In this document: piece by piece, positions 16,922 to 24,000 of the stretch
Position numbering within the stretch: position 1 is the stretch's first letter
Layout: every line of letters begins with the position of its first letter
Source of the DNA: Piscirickettsiaceae bacterium
GTDB taxonomy: Bacteria; Pseudomonadota; Gammaproteobacteria; Nitrosococcales; Methylophagaceae
Reading direction: 5' to 3'
DNA: 24,000 nt
Assembly: GCA_024685995.1 (NCBI GenBank)
Contig: JAIBDY010000008.1
Coordinates: 1 to 24,000 of the forward strand
Program-made: the position numbers and the translations under genes
The notes under the pieces: model-generated
What the model saw: the letters and a program-made list of their open reading frames with translations, nothing else
The model's database searches: none
Told to the model about the DNA's origin: nothing

Positions 16922-17442
16922 TTTTTTTGGAAAACCAGCGTGACTTCACCTAAAAAGAAGCCAAATTTAGTCATTTTAGCGCGATTGATTAATACGCCAT
17001 CTTTCTGCAAAAACATCCAATCATCGAATTGCACTTGCACGGTACCATCTTGATAAGGCAAATTGAGTGTATAGGCCCAGTTCAAGGCATTGCCATAAGC
17101 GCGGCCTGTGGCATGACCAATTACATCCGCCGCTCGACCTTCATAATGATGTGCATCGATCTTGTTGATGGTCCATACACGTCGATCTAGGGTGCCATCG
17201 GCATAGACAAAGTCTTCTTCTAACACGAGGTTGCCTGCAACCATTTTTCCTAAGATCTCGACGGTAAACTGGCGTTCAACTTGACCTTTGCGGTTTTGAA
17301 ATATGCCCCAAGCACGAGTGTGACCAAGAAAGTAGTCCTCAATAACGAAATGGGGTGTCTTGTTTTGATATTGCTCGACAGACATATTACTGCAGCCAGA
17401 AAAAGTAAGGAGTGATAATAGAATTAAGAGGCTTTTTGTCAT
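16918..17442 (-). CDS. DUF3833-like lipoprotein
   Basis: The ATG at 17442 (ATGA overlap with the MFS stop, SD GAGGAA 8 nt upstream) gives MTKSLLILLSLLTFSG|C, a lipobox. The body (FVIEDYFLGHTRAWGIFQNRKG..., FDDWMFL, NRAKMTKFGFFLGEVTLVFQK) matches the DUF3833 pattern from recall. The 26-aa extension in the track is rejected. Confidence 0.8.
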   Translation of the reverse strand: MTKSLLILLSLLTFSGCSNMSVEQYQNKTPHFVIEDYFLGHTRAWGIFQNRKGQVERQFTVEILGKMVAGNLVLEEDFVYADGTLDRRVWTINKIDAHHYEGRAADVIGHATGRAYGNALNWAYTLNLPYQDGTVQVQFDDWMFLQKDGVLINRAKMTKFGFFLGEVTLVFQKK

Positions 17443-18746
17443 GGCAAGGTTCCTCTGTTGAGTTGTTGGCGTAGGAGCTGGTGTTGCTTGCGGTCTAATG
17501 GAAAACGCCATATCGTCCAAGCAGCCACAAGTTTAAAAGGAATTGGCAACAGTCCGTAAAGTACAGATAGCGCCCATAAATTATTATCAGCGGGAACGGT
17601 GTGGGTATCAAAGCCCAACAGCGTTAATAAGGGAAAAGCAATACCAACAGCCAAGGCTAGCGATAATTTCGTTGCCATCCCCCAAAGACCAAAGAAAAAG
17701 CCACTGCGTTGTCCACCGCCTTCGCGACTATCAAGATCAATGACATCGGCTTGAATCGATGCCGGTAATGCCATGTCGATGCCGAGGCTAAGACCAGACA
17801 AAATGCAGATAATCAGGAAAGGCATAAAGTCACCAGCCCCTAAGGTCGGTACCCAACAAAAAATAGCGACTGCCCATAACATGGATACCCCCCAAATACG
17901 GTGTTTGTTAAAGCGTTGAGACAGCTTTACGCCGATAGGGAGACCAATTAAGCCACTGACAAAATAAGCCGACAGCAATAAGCCAAATTGCTCGGGTATG
18001 GCGAGAACATAGCTGACAAATAGTAAAAATAAGGTGGCCGGTAGGCCGTTAGCGATGCCATTCATAAAATAAGCAAACAATAACCGAGTGAACAGACGAT
18101 TTTGTTTTAACAAGGTCAAACCAGCTTGAAAAGCGATAGGATCAGAACGCCGATTAGACTCCGGCACATTGAGCAAACAAAGTAGGACGGTAGCGGGGAG
18201 TAAAAAAACCAAAAACTGCGCCAGAACGATCAGCGCTTCACCGGGCGCATCACTGCTGATCCCCATGGCTAAAGGTAAGCCGGCAGCGAATAGTGTGCCG
18301 ATTAAGATAAAGCTTTCACGACTGGCTGTAATTGTACTACGCTGATCATAATCGTTCGATAACTCTGCACCCCAAGCGGTATAGGGTAAAGTGAGTAGGC
18401 TCCAGGCTAAATAAACCAATAAGCTCCAGCATAATAGCCAATAAAAGCCACTGCCTTCTGGCGGGATGAAAAGTGCCAAAATGGCCATAATTAACATCGG
18501 GGTCGCTATGGCCATCAACCATTTTCGTCGCGATGGTAATGGTAACCAATCAGACAATAATCCAATCAAGGGGTCAGTGATGACATCACTGACCCGTGCA
18601 ATCAATAGGGCTGTTCCCACAGCAGCAAGACCAAGACCGAACTGCTCGGCATAAAAAGTGGGCAAGTAGATATAAAGCGGTAACCCTAAAGCGGCCAGTG
18701 GCAGTCCGGGCAAACCATAAAACCAATAGCGACGACTAGCTGACAT
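17439..18746 (-). CDS. MFS transporter (GPH/COG2211-like, 12 TM)
   Basis: 435 aa, hydrophobic throughout. The loop motif after TM2 is typical of MFS (ARVSDVITDPLIGLLSDW). It starts 2 nt after the methyltransferase stop. Confidence 0.85.
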   Translation of the reverse strand: MSASRRYWFYGLPGLPLAALGLPLYIYLPTFYAEQFGLGLAAVGTALLIARVSDVITDPLIGLLSDWLPLPSRRKWLMAIATPMLIMAILALFIPPEGSGFYWLLCWSLLVYLAWSLLTLPYTAWGAELSNDYDQRSTITASRESFILIGTLFAAGLPLAMGISSDAPGEALIVLAQFLVFLLPATVLLCLLNVPESNRRSDPIAFQAGLTLLKQNRLFTRLLFAYFMNGIANGLPATLFLLFVSYVLAIPEQFGLLLSAYFVSGLIGLPIGVKLSQRFNKHRIWGVSMLWAVAIFCWVPTLGAGDFMPFLIICILSGLSLGIDMALPASIQADVIDLDSREGGGQRSGFFFGLWGMATKLSLALAVGIAFPLLTLLGFDTHTVPADNNLWALSVLYGLLPIPFKLVAAWTIWRFPLDRKQHQLLRQQLNRGTLP

Positions 18747-18748
18747 TG

Positions 18749-19966
18749 CTAATGTGGTTTGGCCATTAGGTATTGGTAAACCCCAGTGTGACCGGTTCGG
18801 AAAGCGGCCTCACAATAGGATAAATAATAGCGCCACATGCGGATAAAGCGCTTATCGTATCCCAGTGTTTCTACTTGATGGACAACATCATTAAAGCGCT
18901 GATGCCAGAGTAAGACCGTACGTTCATAATCACGGCTATAGTTAGTGGCCCGTTCGATCGCAAGTCCTGCATGCTGGGCGTGCTGAGCAAAGATTTCCGG
19001 AGAGGGCAACATACCACCAGGAAAGATATAACGTTGAATAAAGTCGACATTTTGTCGATATTGGTCAAAATATTGATGGTCAATAGTGATGGTTTGTAAG
19101 GCTATCTTGCCGCCGGGTTTTAGGCGTGAAAACAGCATATCAAAAAAATCAGGCCAATACGCTTCACCAACAGCTTCAAACATTTCAATACTCACAATAT
19201 GATCGAAGGGTTGTTTTAAATGCCGATAGTCTTGCAAGCGTAAGTCGACAAGTTCATTCAAGCCGGCATCATGAACGCGCTGTTTTGCCCAAGCCAGTTG
19301 CTCGGTCGATAAGGTAATGGCTGTCACGCGATAACCTTGTTTAGCCGCATGTTCGGCAAAACCGCCCCAACCACAACCGACTTCTAGAATATGTTGTCCT
19401 GGTGACGCGTTGATAGAAGCTAATAATTGTTGATACTTTCGAGTCTGGGCTCGTTCTAGGGATTCATTGGGGGCAGCGAAGATGGCGCTGGAATAGGTCA
19501 TGGTCGAGTCGAGCCATAAGCGATAGAAGTCATTGCCCAGATCATAATGTGCTGCAATATTTCGACGGCTACCTCGTTCGCTATTACGTCGGGCTAAGTG
19601 ACGCAAGCGATGAAATAGGCGGACAAAACTATTGGCTTCGATATGCGTCGATAACGCGGTTAAGTTCAGAGTGGCCCAATACAAAAAATCGGATAAATTA
19701 CGGGTATCCCAATCCCCTTGAATATAGGCTTCGGCAAAACCGATATCGCCATCACTAGTTAATTTTTTAATGATTTTCAATGCATTGTATATGGTGATAT
19801 TGGCATCGGGCCCCGTTTGTTTGCCCTCGACAAGATAAGTTTCATTACCAATATGAATATGAAGTCGGCCTTGTTGACAAGTCGATAGCATACGATAGAG
19901 TAACTTGATGACAATCGGTGCTCTAGGGTCTGGCAATAATGTTATTTGCGCGTTTTGACTATCCAT
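18749..19966 (-). CDS. Cyclopropane-fatty-acyl-phospholipid-synthase-family SAM-dependent methyltransferase
   Basis: SAM motif I is ILEVGCGWGGFAEHAAKQG. CFAS-family blocks are HYDLGNDFY, MTYSSAIF and IEMFEAVG..YWPDFF. The ATG at 19966 has GAGGTGA 7 nt upstream. The longer track start is rejected. Confidence 0.9.
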   Translation of the reverse strand: MDSQNAQITLLPDPRAPIVIKLLYRMLSTCQQGRLHIHIGNETYLVEGKQTGPDANITIYNALKIIKKLTSDGDIGFAEAYIQGDWDTRNLSDFLYWATLNLTALSTHIEANSFVRLFHRLRHLARRNSERGSRRNIAAHYDLGNDFYRLWLDSTMTYSSAIFAAPNESLERAQTRKYQQLLASINASPGQHILEVGCGWGGFAEHAAKQGYRVTAITLSTEQLAWAKQRVHDAGLNELVDLRLQDYRHLKQPFDHIVSIEMFEAVGEAYWPDFFDMLFSRLKPGGKIALQTITIDHQYFDQYRQNVDFIQRYIFPGGMLPSPEIFAQHAQHAGLAIERATNYSRDYERTVLLWHQRFNDVVHQVETLGYDKRFIRMWRYYLSYCEAAFRTGHTGVYQYLMAKPH

Positions 19967-20721
19967 TCGCTTTTCACCTCTTGTTGTCCTTCTTGATAAG
20001 AATGAAATTTTCCTCCCCGAAGCCATATTTTCAATGCTTGCCAATGGATCATGAACATAATTTTGAAAGACATCATGGGCATCATAAAAAAGGCTTTGAG
20101 CAAATGCCGGTTGTTTAATTCTGTCAGCGTCGTGTTTTGCGATGCAATAAGATGGAGTTGTCCATTTTGATATTCGTTTATTAAAACTCCCAAACTGGAC
20201 TTAGATTGACTGAATTTAAAGTGATATTGTTGATTCATACCAATAAACGGTGATACGTGAAAACGTTTGTCGGCAATACACTCCACAGGCCATTGCAAAC
20301 TGTTACCTTTGGAGTGGTGGACGTAATGGTAAACGCCGCCAAAGGTATTACTGACCTCACTGATAATCGCGATCGTTTCCCCCTGACTGTTGTCACAATA
20401 CCAAACGGCTATGGGGTTAAAGCCGTAGCCTAAAACACGTGGGAAACACGATAAGCGAATGCGCACAGCATCATCAATACCAGCATCGGCTAAGGTGCTT
20501 TCTACCCATGGCCGCCAAGCAGAACCATCCCGTGGGCCATGGTCTTGTGTTCGGACACTGAGTAAATTAAATCGATCTACACTTAACCATTTTAAAGCGG
20601 CGGCTTCTTGCTCAATAAGATCAATATCAATCAATAAGCCAAAAACACGATAGTTAAAGCGGTAGGCCATCGGCATCATCCGTTGATGCATGACATGTCC
20701 AAAAAACAGTTTACTCGCCAT
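19942..20721 (-). CDS. DUF1365-family protein
   Basis: The ATG at 20721 follows GGAGG. The N-terminus LFFGHVMHQRMMPMAYRFNYRVFGLLIDIDLI fits the DUF1365 opening pattern (G.V.H.R..P..H.F.Y......DLD). It is positioned between the COG2907 FAD protein and the CFAS-like gene, as in the conserved cluster. Confidence 0.8.
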   Translation of the reverse strand: MASKLFFGHVMHQRMMPMAYRFNYRVFGLLIDIDLIEQEAAALKWLSVDRFNLLSVRTQDHGPRDGSAWRPWVESTLADAGIDDAVRIRLSCFPRVLGYGFNPIAVWYCDNSQGETIAIISEVSNTFGGVYHYVHHSKGNSLQWPVECIADKRFHVSPFIGMNQQYHFKFSQSKSSLGVLINEYQNGQLHLIASQNTTLTELNNRHLLKAFFMMPMMSFKIMFMIHWQALKIWLRGGKFHSYQEGQQEVKSEWIVKTRK

Positions 20722-20723
20722 GG

Positions 20724-22007
20724 TTACCTCCGTTCCCAAGGAATAGGCACGGCTAGCTGTTTAGCAACAGAAACGGCCGAACTTAACGCGTCTTCATGAA
20801 AGCCATAACCAAAATAACTACCGGCAAACCAAGTTCTATTTTGTCCTTGCAATTGCTGAAGCTGTGATTGTGTGGCCATCGCCTGAAGATCAAAGACAGG
20901 ATGCATATACTGAATCCGTCGAATAATCTTGTCTGGGTCTATCTGGTGAATCGGATTTAAGCTAACAAAATAGTCTTGAGATGGCTCCAACCCTTGCAAG
21001 GCATTCATCCAATAGCTAACAGACAGCGATGGCGTTGCCCCACCACTTTGCTTGGCAAGGTAGTTCCAGCAAGACCATACTTTAGGATGAGTTGGCATCA
21101 GATTAGGATCGGTATGTAAATAGGTGTCGTTTTCTTGATAATGAAATGCAGACAAGACAGCGTGTTCTTTAGCTGTCGTGTCTGCAAGCAGAGACAAAGC
21201 CTCATCAGCATGGGTGGCGATAACGACTTGATCGACGTTGTGTTGTTGACCATCTTCTAAAGTAATGGTCACTATATTCGCTTTTCTGTCGACCTTTTTA
21301 ACGCCATTATTCACAATAACCTCTCCCGAATATGAAGCCAATAATTTGTCAACATAGCGTTGGCTACCACCCACAACGGTACGCCATTGTGGACGATTAT
21401 TAACATTTAATAGGCCATGGTTATCGAAAAACTGAGCAAAATTTTTGGCTGGGAATGACTGCATTTGCTGTGGCGGGCAAGACCAAATCGCTGCGGCCAT
21501 CGGCAGTAAATAATCGTTCTGCATGGCCTCGCCAATGCGAAGCTGTGAGAGCAAGTCACCTAAAGAGAGCGTCGGATCGGCTTGCTTATCGTTAATAAAT
21601 GCTTTGGCATGTCGGTTAAATCTAACAATGTCATAGATGAATTTAATGAATCGAGGTGATACCAGATTCCGCCGCTGGGCGAATAAGGTATCTAAGTTGT
21701 TACCGGCATATTCTAATCCCGAGTCTAAAATCGATGCCGAGAAGGTCATATTGGTCGGGCGTGTTGTTACCCCTAGGGTATCAAATAAGCCAACCAAATT
21801 AGGGTAGTTAGGTTCGTTGTAGACGATAAATCCGGTATCGACCGGCGTGTCCAACCCTGTCTGGGCATTGCTTACCGAGATAGTGTTGGTGTGGCCACCA
21901 ATATAAGCGTTTTTGTCGATCAACAGTATTTGATAGCGTTGACTCAATAGCCAAGCACTAGCCATACCCGCAATGCCCGATCCGATAACCGCTATTTTTG
22001 TCGTCAA
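20724..22007 (-). CDS. NAD(P)/FAD-dependent oxidoreductase (amine-oxidase/COG2907-like)
   Basis: Rossmann dinucleotide motif KIAVIGSGIAGMASAWLLSQRYQILLIDKNAYIGGHTNT. TTG start with a G-rich SD 7 nt upstream. 427 aa. Confidence 0.85.
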   Translation of the reverse strand: MTTKIAVIGSGIAGMASAWLLSQRYQILLIDKNAYIGGHTNTISVSNAQTGLDTPVDTGFIVYNEPNYPNLVGLFDTLGVTTRPTNMTFSASILDSGLEYAGNNLDTLFAQRRNLVSPRFIKFIYDIVRFNRHAKAFINDKQADPTLSLGDLLSQLRIGEAMQNDYLLPMAAAIWSCPPQQMQSFPAKNFAQFFDNHGLLNVNNRPQWRTVVGGSQRYVDKLLASYSGEVIVNNGVKKVDRKANIVTITLEDGQQHNVDQVVIATHADEALSLLADTTAKEHAVLSAFHYQENDTYLHTDPNLMPTHPKVWSCWNYLAKQSGGATPSLSVSYWMNALQGLEPSQDYFVSLNPIHQIDPDKIIRRIQYMHPVFDLQAMATQSQLQQLQGQNRTWFAGSYFGYGFHEDALSSAVSVAKQLAVPIPWERR

Positions 22008-22125
22008 TATTTCGCCCCCAAGTCCGTGACGTAGTGATGTCTCATAACGTCGTTATTTTGAGAAAATATCTTTTGTTGCAGACGGTGCAGACCCACAGAC
22101 TTTCGTTGAGTTATGCCCGATTGTG

Positions 22126-22323
22126 CTACCCGATTTGCCACGGGATACTCAAGGCCTGAATGTCGTCGGGGTGTTCATAAGAAGTGACAATGATTTTTAA
22201 CTTAAGTGCCAAATCAGTGTGAGCGATATTGCTGTTAGCTTTCTCAGAGACAGAGGCTGTCATGCTGGCTGCATGAAAATAAGATGCTCCATTCTTCATG
22301 GCTAAAACCACTTTATGGTTCAT
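22126..22323 (-). CDS. Hypothetical small protein (65 aa); doubtful
   Basis: This is the only ORF in the 305-bp gap between yfcH-like and the FAD oxidoreductase. Its ATG lies 8 nt before the yfcH-like stop, with no SD and no recognisable motif. Confidence 0.2.
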   Translation of the reverse strand: MNHKVVLAMKNGASYFHAASMTASVSEKANSNIAHTDLALKLKIIVTSYEHPDDIQALSIPWQIG

Positions 22324-23236
22324 GACGTTGCTGGCTGTTGAAAAAAAGATGGTTCAAGGCATGCGTTAATGTTGAGTAGCTAAAACGAAAGCCATTGGCT
22401 GTGGCGCGTTGTGGTATGGCGCGTTGTCCGGTCAGCAATAAACGTGACATCTCTCCAAGAGTGGTTCTTAATAACCATGCGGGGACTGGCAGAGTGAGAT
22501 AATGCCGTGTCTGTTTAATGAGTGCTGCGGTGAAGGCTTGATTGGTGACGGGGTTGGGGGAGCAGGCATTGAAGACGCCATTTAAGTGTTCATGATGCGC
22601 CAAAAACATTAACAAACGGACCATGTCCGCGATATGGATCCAAGGCATATATTGCTCACCAGTGCCGATATGGCCACCCATGCCTAGCTTAAAAGGCAAG
22701 CTCATTTTTTGTAAGATACCACCCGCTGACGATAACACTAGCCCTGTTCTGACAATACAGACCCTGATCCCCGAATGTTCTGCGCGTAAAGCTTGTTTCT
22801 CCCATGCATCACATAGCTGGTGGGTATACTCATCATGATAATAAGATTGCTCCGTTAATATCCTGCCTTGACCATCACCATACCAACCGACAGCCGAGCC
22901 GCTAATCAGGCATGCGGGTGGTTGTTTTCTAACACGCATCCAATCCACAAGTTGATGTGTAAGATTGATACGGCTGGAGGCTAATAAGGCTTTACGCTGG
23001 GCTGACCATCTCGTATTAGCAATCGGCTCGCCGGCCAAGTTGATCACAATATCAATGGTGGTGTCAGAGGGGATATTGCTCAAAGATTGGACAGCTTTAA
23101 CCTCCATACCGCATTTACTTTTTACAGTATCTGGGCGTCGACTCAACACGGTGACGTGATGGCCGTCAGTGGTTAACTGCCGACACAGTGCGGAACCAAT
23201 TAAGCCTGTACCGCCTGTTATCAAATAATGTTTCAT
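22313..23236 (-). CDS. yfcH: YfcH-like epimerase-family protein (TIGR01777 / SDR39U1-type, atypical SDR with a DUF1731 C-terminus)
   Basis: ITGGTGLIGSALCRQL, INLAGEPIANTRWS, SGSAVGWYG and the C-terminal LLTGQRAIPQR...GFRF are collinear with E. coli YfcH as I remember it. The ATG at 23236 has AAGGTG 10 nt upstream. Confidence 0.85.
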   Translation of the reverse strand: MKHYLITGGTGLIGSALCRQLTTDGHHVTVLSRRPDTVKSKCGMEVKAVQSLSNIPSDTTIDIVINLAGEPIANTRWSAQRKALLASSRINLTHQLVDWMRVRKQPPACLISGSAVGWYGDGQGRILTEQSYYHDEYTHQLCDAWEKQALRAEHSGIRVCIVRTGLVLSSAGGILQKMSLPFKLGMGGHIGTGEQYMPWIHIADMVRLLMFLAHHEHLNGVFNACSPNPVTNQAFTAALIKQTRHYLTLPVPAWLLRTTLGEMSRLLLTGQRAIPQRATANGFRFSYSTLTHALNHLFFNSQQRHEP

Positions 23237-23297
23237 CAAATATACACCTTAGCGTGAAGGAGACTTGATGTTGGCATTATTATACAAATAAATATTC

Positions 23298-23326
23298 TTG
23301 TACAACTATTTGGCGCTTGTTAGTCT
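23298..23326 (+). promoter_or_regulatory. Candidate sigma-70 promoter of ybgA (-35 TTGTAC, 17-nt spacer, -10 TAGTCT)
   Basis: The hexamers were read directly. The -10 lies about 24 nt upstream of the ATG, with GAGGGGG as the SD. The -35 element is embedded in the TTGTACAA palindrome. Confidence 0.3.
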
Positions 23327-23349
23327 ATTACTGAAGATGAGGGGGTGAT

Positions 23350-24000
23350 ATGAAAATCAAGGTTGGGATCAGTAGTTGTCTGTTGGGCAACGAGGTGCGT
23401 TTCGATGGTGGCCATAAGCATTCGACACTCTGTAGTGAGGAGCTAGCCCGCTATTTTGACTTTGTTGCAGAATGTCCAGAGGTTGGAATAGGGCTAGGGA
23501 TCCCCAGAAAACCAATTCGTTTAATCGGTGATGTCAACGCCCCTTCAATGGTGTCAACGCATGATGAGAGCATCGATCATACCGACAAAATGCTTGAATT
23601 TAGCCACCGAAAGGCAAAGGAGCATTCAGATCTCTGCGGGTATATCTTTATGAAAAACTCACCCAGTTGCGGCCTCTTTCGCGTCAAGGTGTATCAAGAC
23701 AACGGTTATCCTGCAAAAGAGCCTGGTAGGGGCGTTTATGCCCGCATCATAACCGAAAAAAATCCATTGTTACCAGTAGAAGAATCTGGCAGATTAACCG
23801 ACCCAGCATTACGGGAAAATTTTATTGGCCGTGTATTTGCCTACCATAACTGGCAACAGTTAATACGGTCGGACTTGAGCTATCACAGCATTATCGACTT
23901 TCATTCACGTTATAAATATAGCTTGATGGCGCATGCGCCGGCGAGCTATGTTGAGTTAGGTAGAATGTTAGCGGATGCAGGTAAACATGACGTCGCTAGC
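23350..24000 (+). CDS. ybgA: YbgA-family protein (DUF523 plus DUF1722); 3' end lies outside the window
   Basis: It is absent from the ORF track because no stop is reached. I translated it by hand: MKIKVGISSCLLGNEVRFDGGHKH...MKNSPSCG...HSRYKYSLMAH, 217 codons open to nt 24000. The SD is GAGGGGG. The opening VGISxCLLGxxVRFDGGHK is the YbgA hallmark. Confidence 0.85.
   Translation, partial: MKIKVGISSCLLGNEVRFDGGHKHSTLCSEELARYFDFVAECPEVGIGLGIPRKPIRLIGDVNAPSMVSTHDESIDHTDKMLEFSHRKAKEHSDLCGYIFMKNSPSCGLFRVKVYQDNGYPAKEPGRGVYARIITEKNPLLPVEESGRLTDPALRENFIGRVFAYHNWQQLIRSDLSYHSIIDFHSRYKYSLMAHAPASYVELGRMLADAGKHDVAS

Noticed and set aside
1-24000. Mobile element, defence island, CRISPR array or prophage content.
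   Set aside because: I found no integrase, transposase, recombinase, nuclease/helicase-type defence gene, spacer-repeat periodicity or terminal inverted repeats on either strand. The accessory-looking parts (pilus operon, GTPase pair) have no visible mobility genes.

Overview
This is a chromosomal-looking segment from a Gram-negative bacterium. From gene content and moderate-to-low GC I guess a marine gammaproteobacterium of Alteromonadales/Colwellia type, but this is not verified. I saw no rRNA, intact tRNA, CRISPR array, integrase or transposase.

Gene order, left to right:
- The 3' part of a PfkB-family sugar kinase, cut by the window edge.
- About 300 nt of non-coding DNA ending in a strong orphan terminator.
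- A small lipoprotein gene (- strand).
- A methyl-accepting chemotaxis protein (+).
- A 782-bp stretch with no ORF.
- A two-gene operon of unknown function on the - strand: a DUF2868-like polytopic membrane protein, then a GTPase/DUF3482-like protein.
- A four-gene archaic (Csu/spore-coat-U type) chaperone-usher pilus operon (-), with a G8 tract upstream.
- An NhaR-like LysR regulator (-).
- An HPF/RaiA-family gene followed by yccA (+).
- A tightly packed cluster that fills the right third of the window.

The right-hand cluster reads as follows. An SDR and an NTF2-like gene sit on the + strand. They converge with zero spacing on a six-gene - strand operon: COG2907-type FAD oxidoreductase, DUF1365, CFA-synthase-like methyltransferase, MFS transporter, DUF3833 lipoprotein, secreted chalcone-isomerase-fold protein. 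A yfcH-like epimerase lies upstream of that operon, and a divergent ybgA runs off the right edge.

The two most interesting units are this largely uncharacterised lipid-modification, photo-oxidative-stress-type cluster and the DUF2868/GTPase pair.

All family assignments come from reading the translations and recalling family hallmarks. No searches were run. Several track ORF starts (TTG/GTG extensions) were moved to downstream ATGs that have Shine-Dalgarno (SD) sequences or ATGA/TAATG coupling overlaps.
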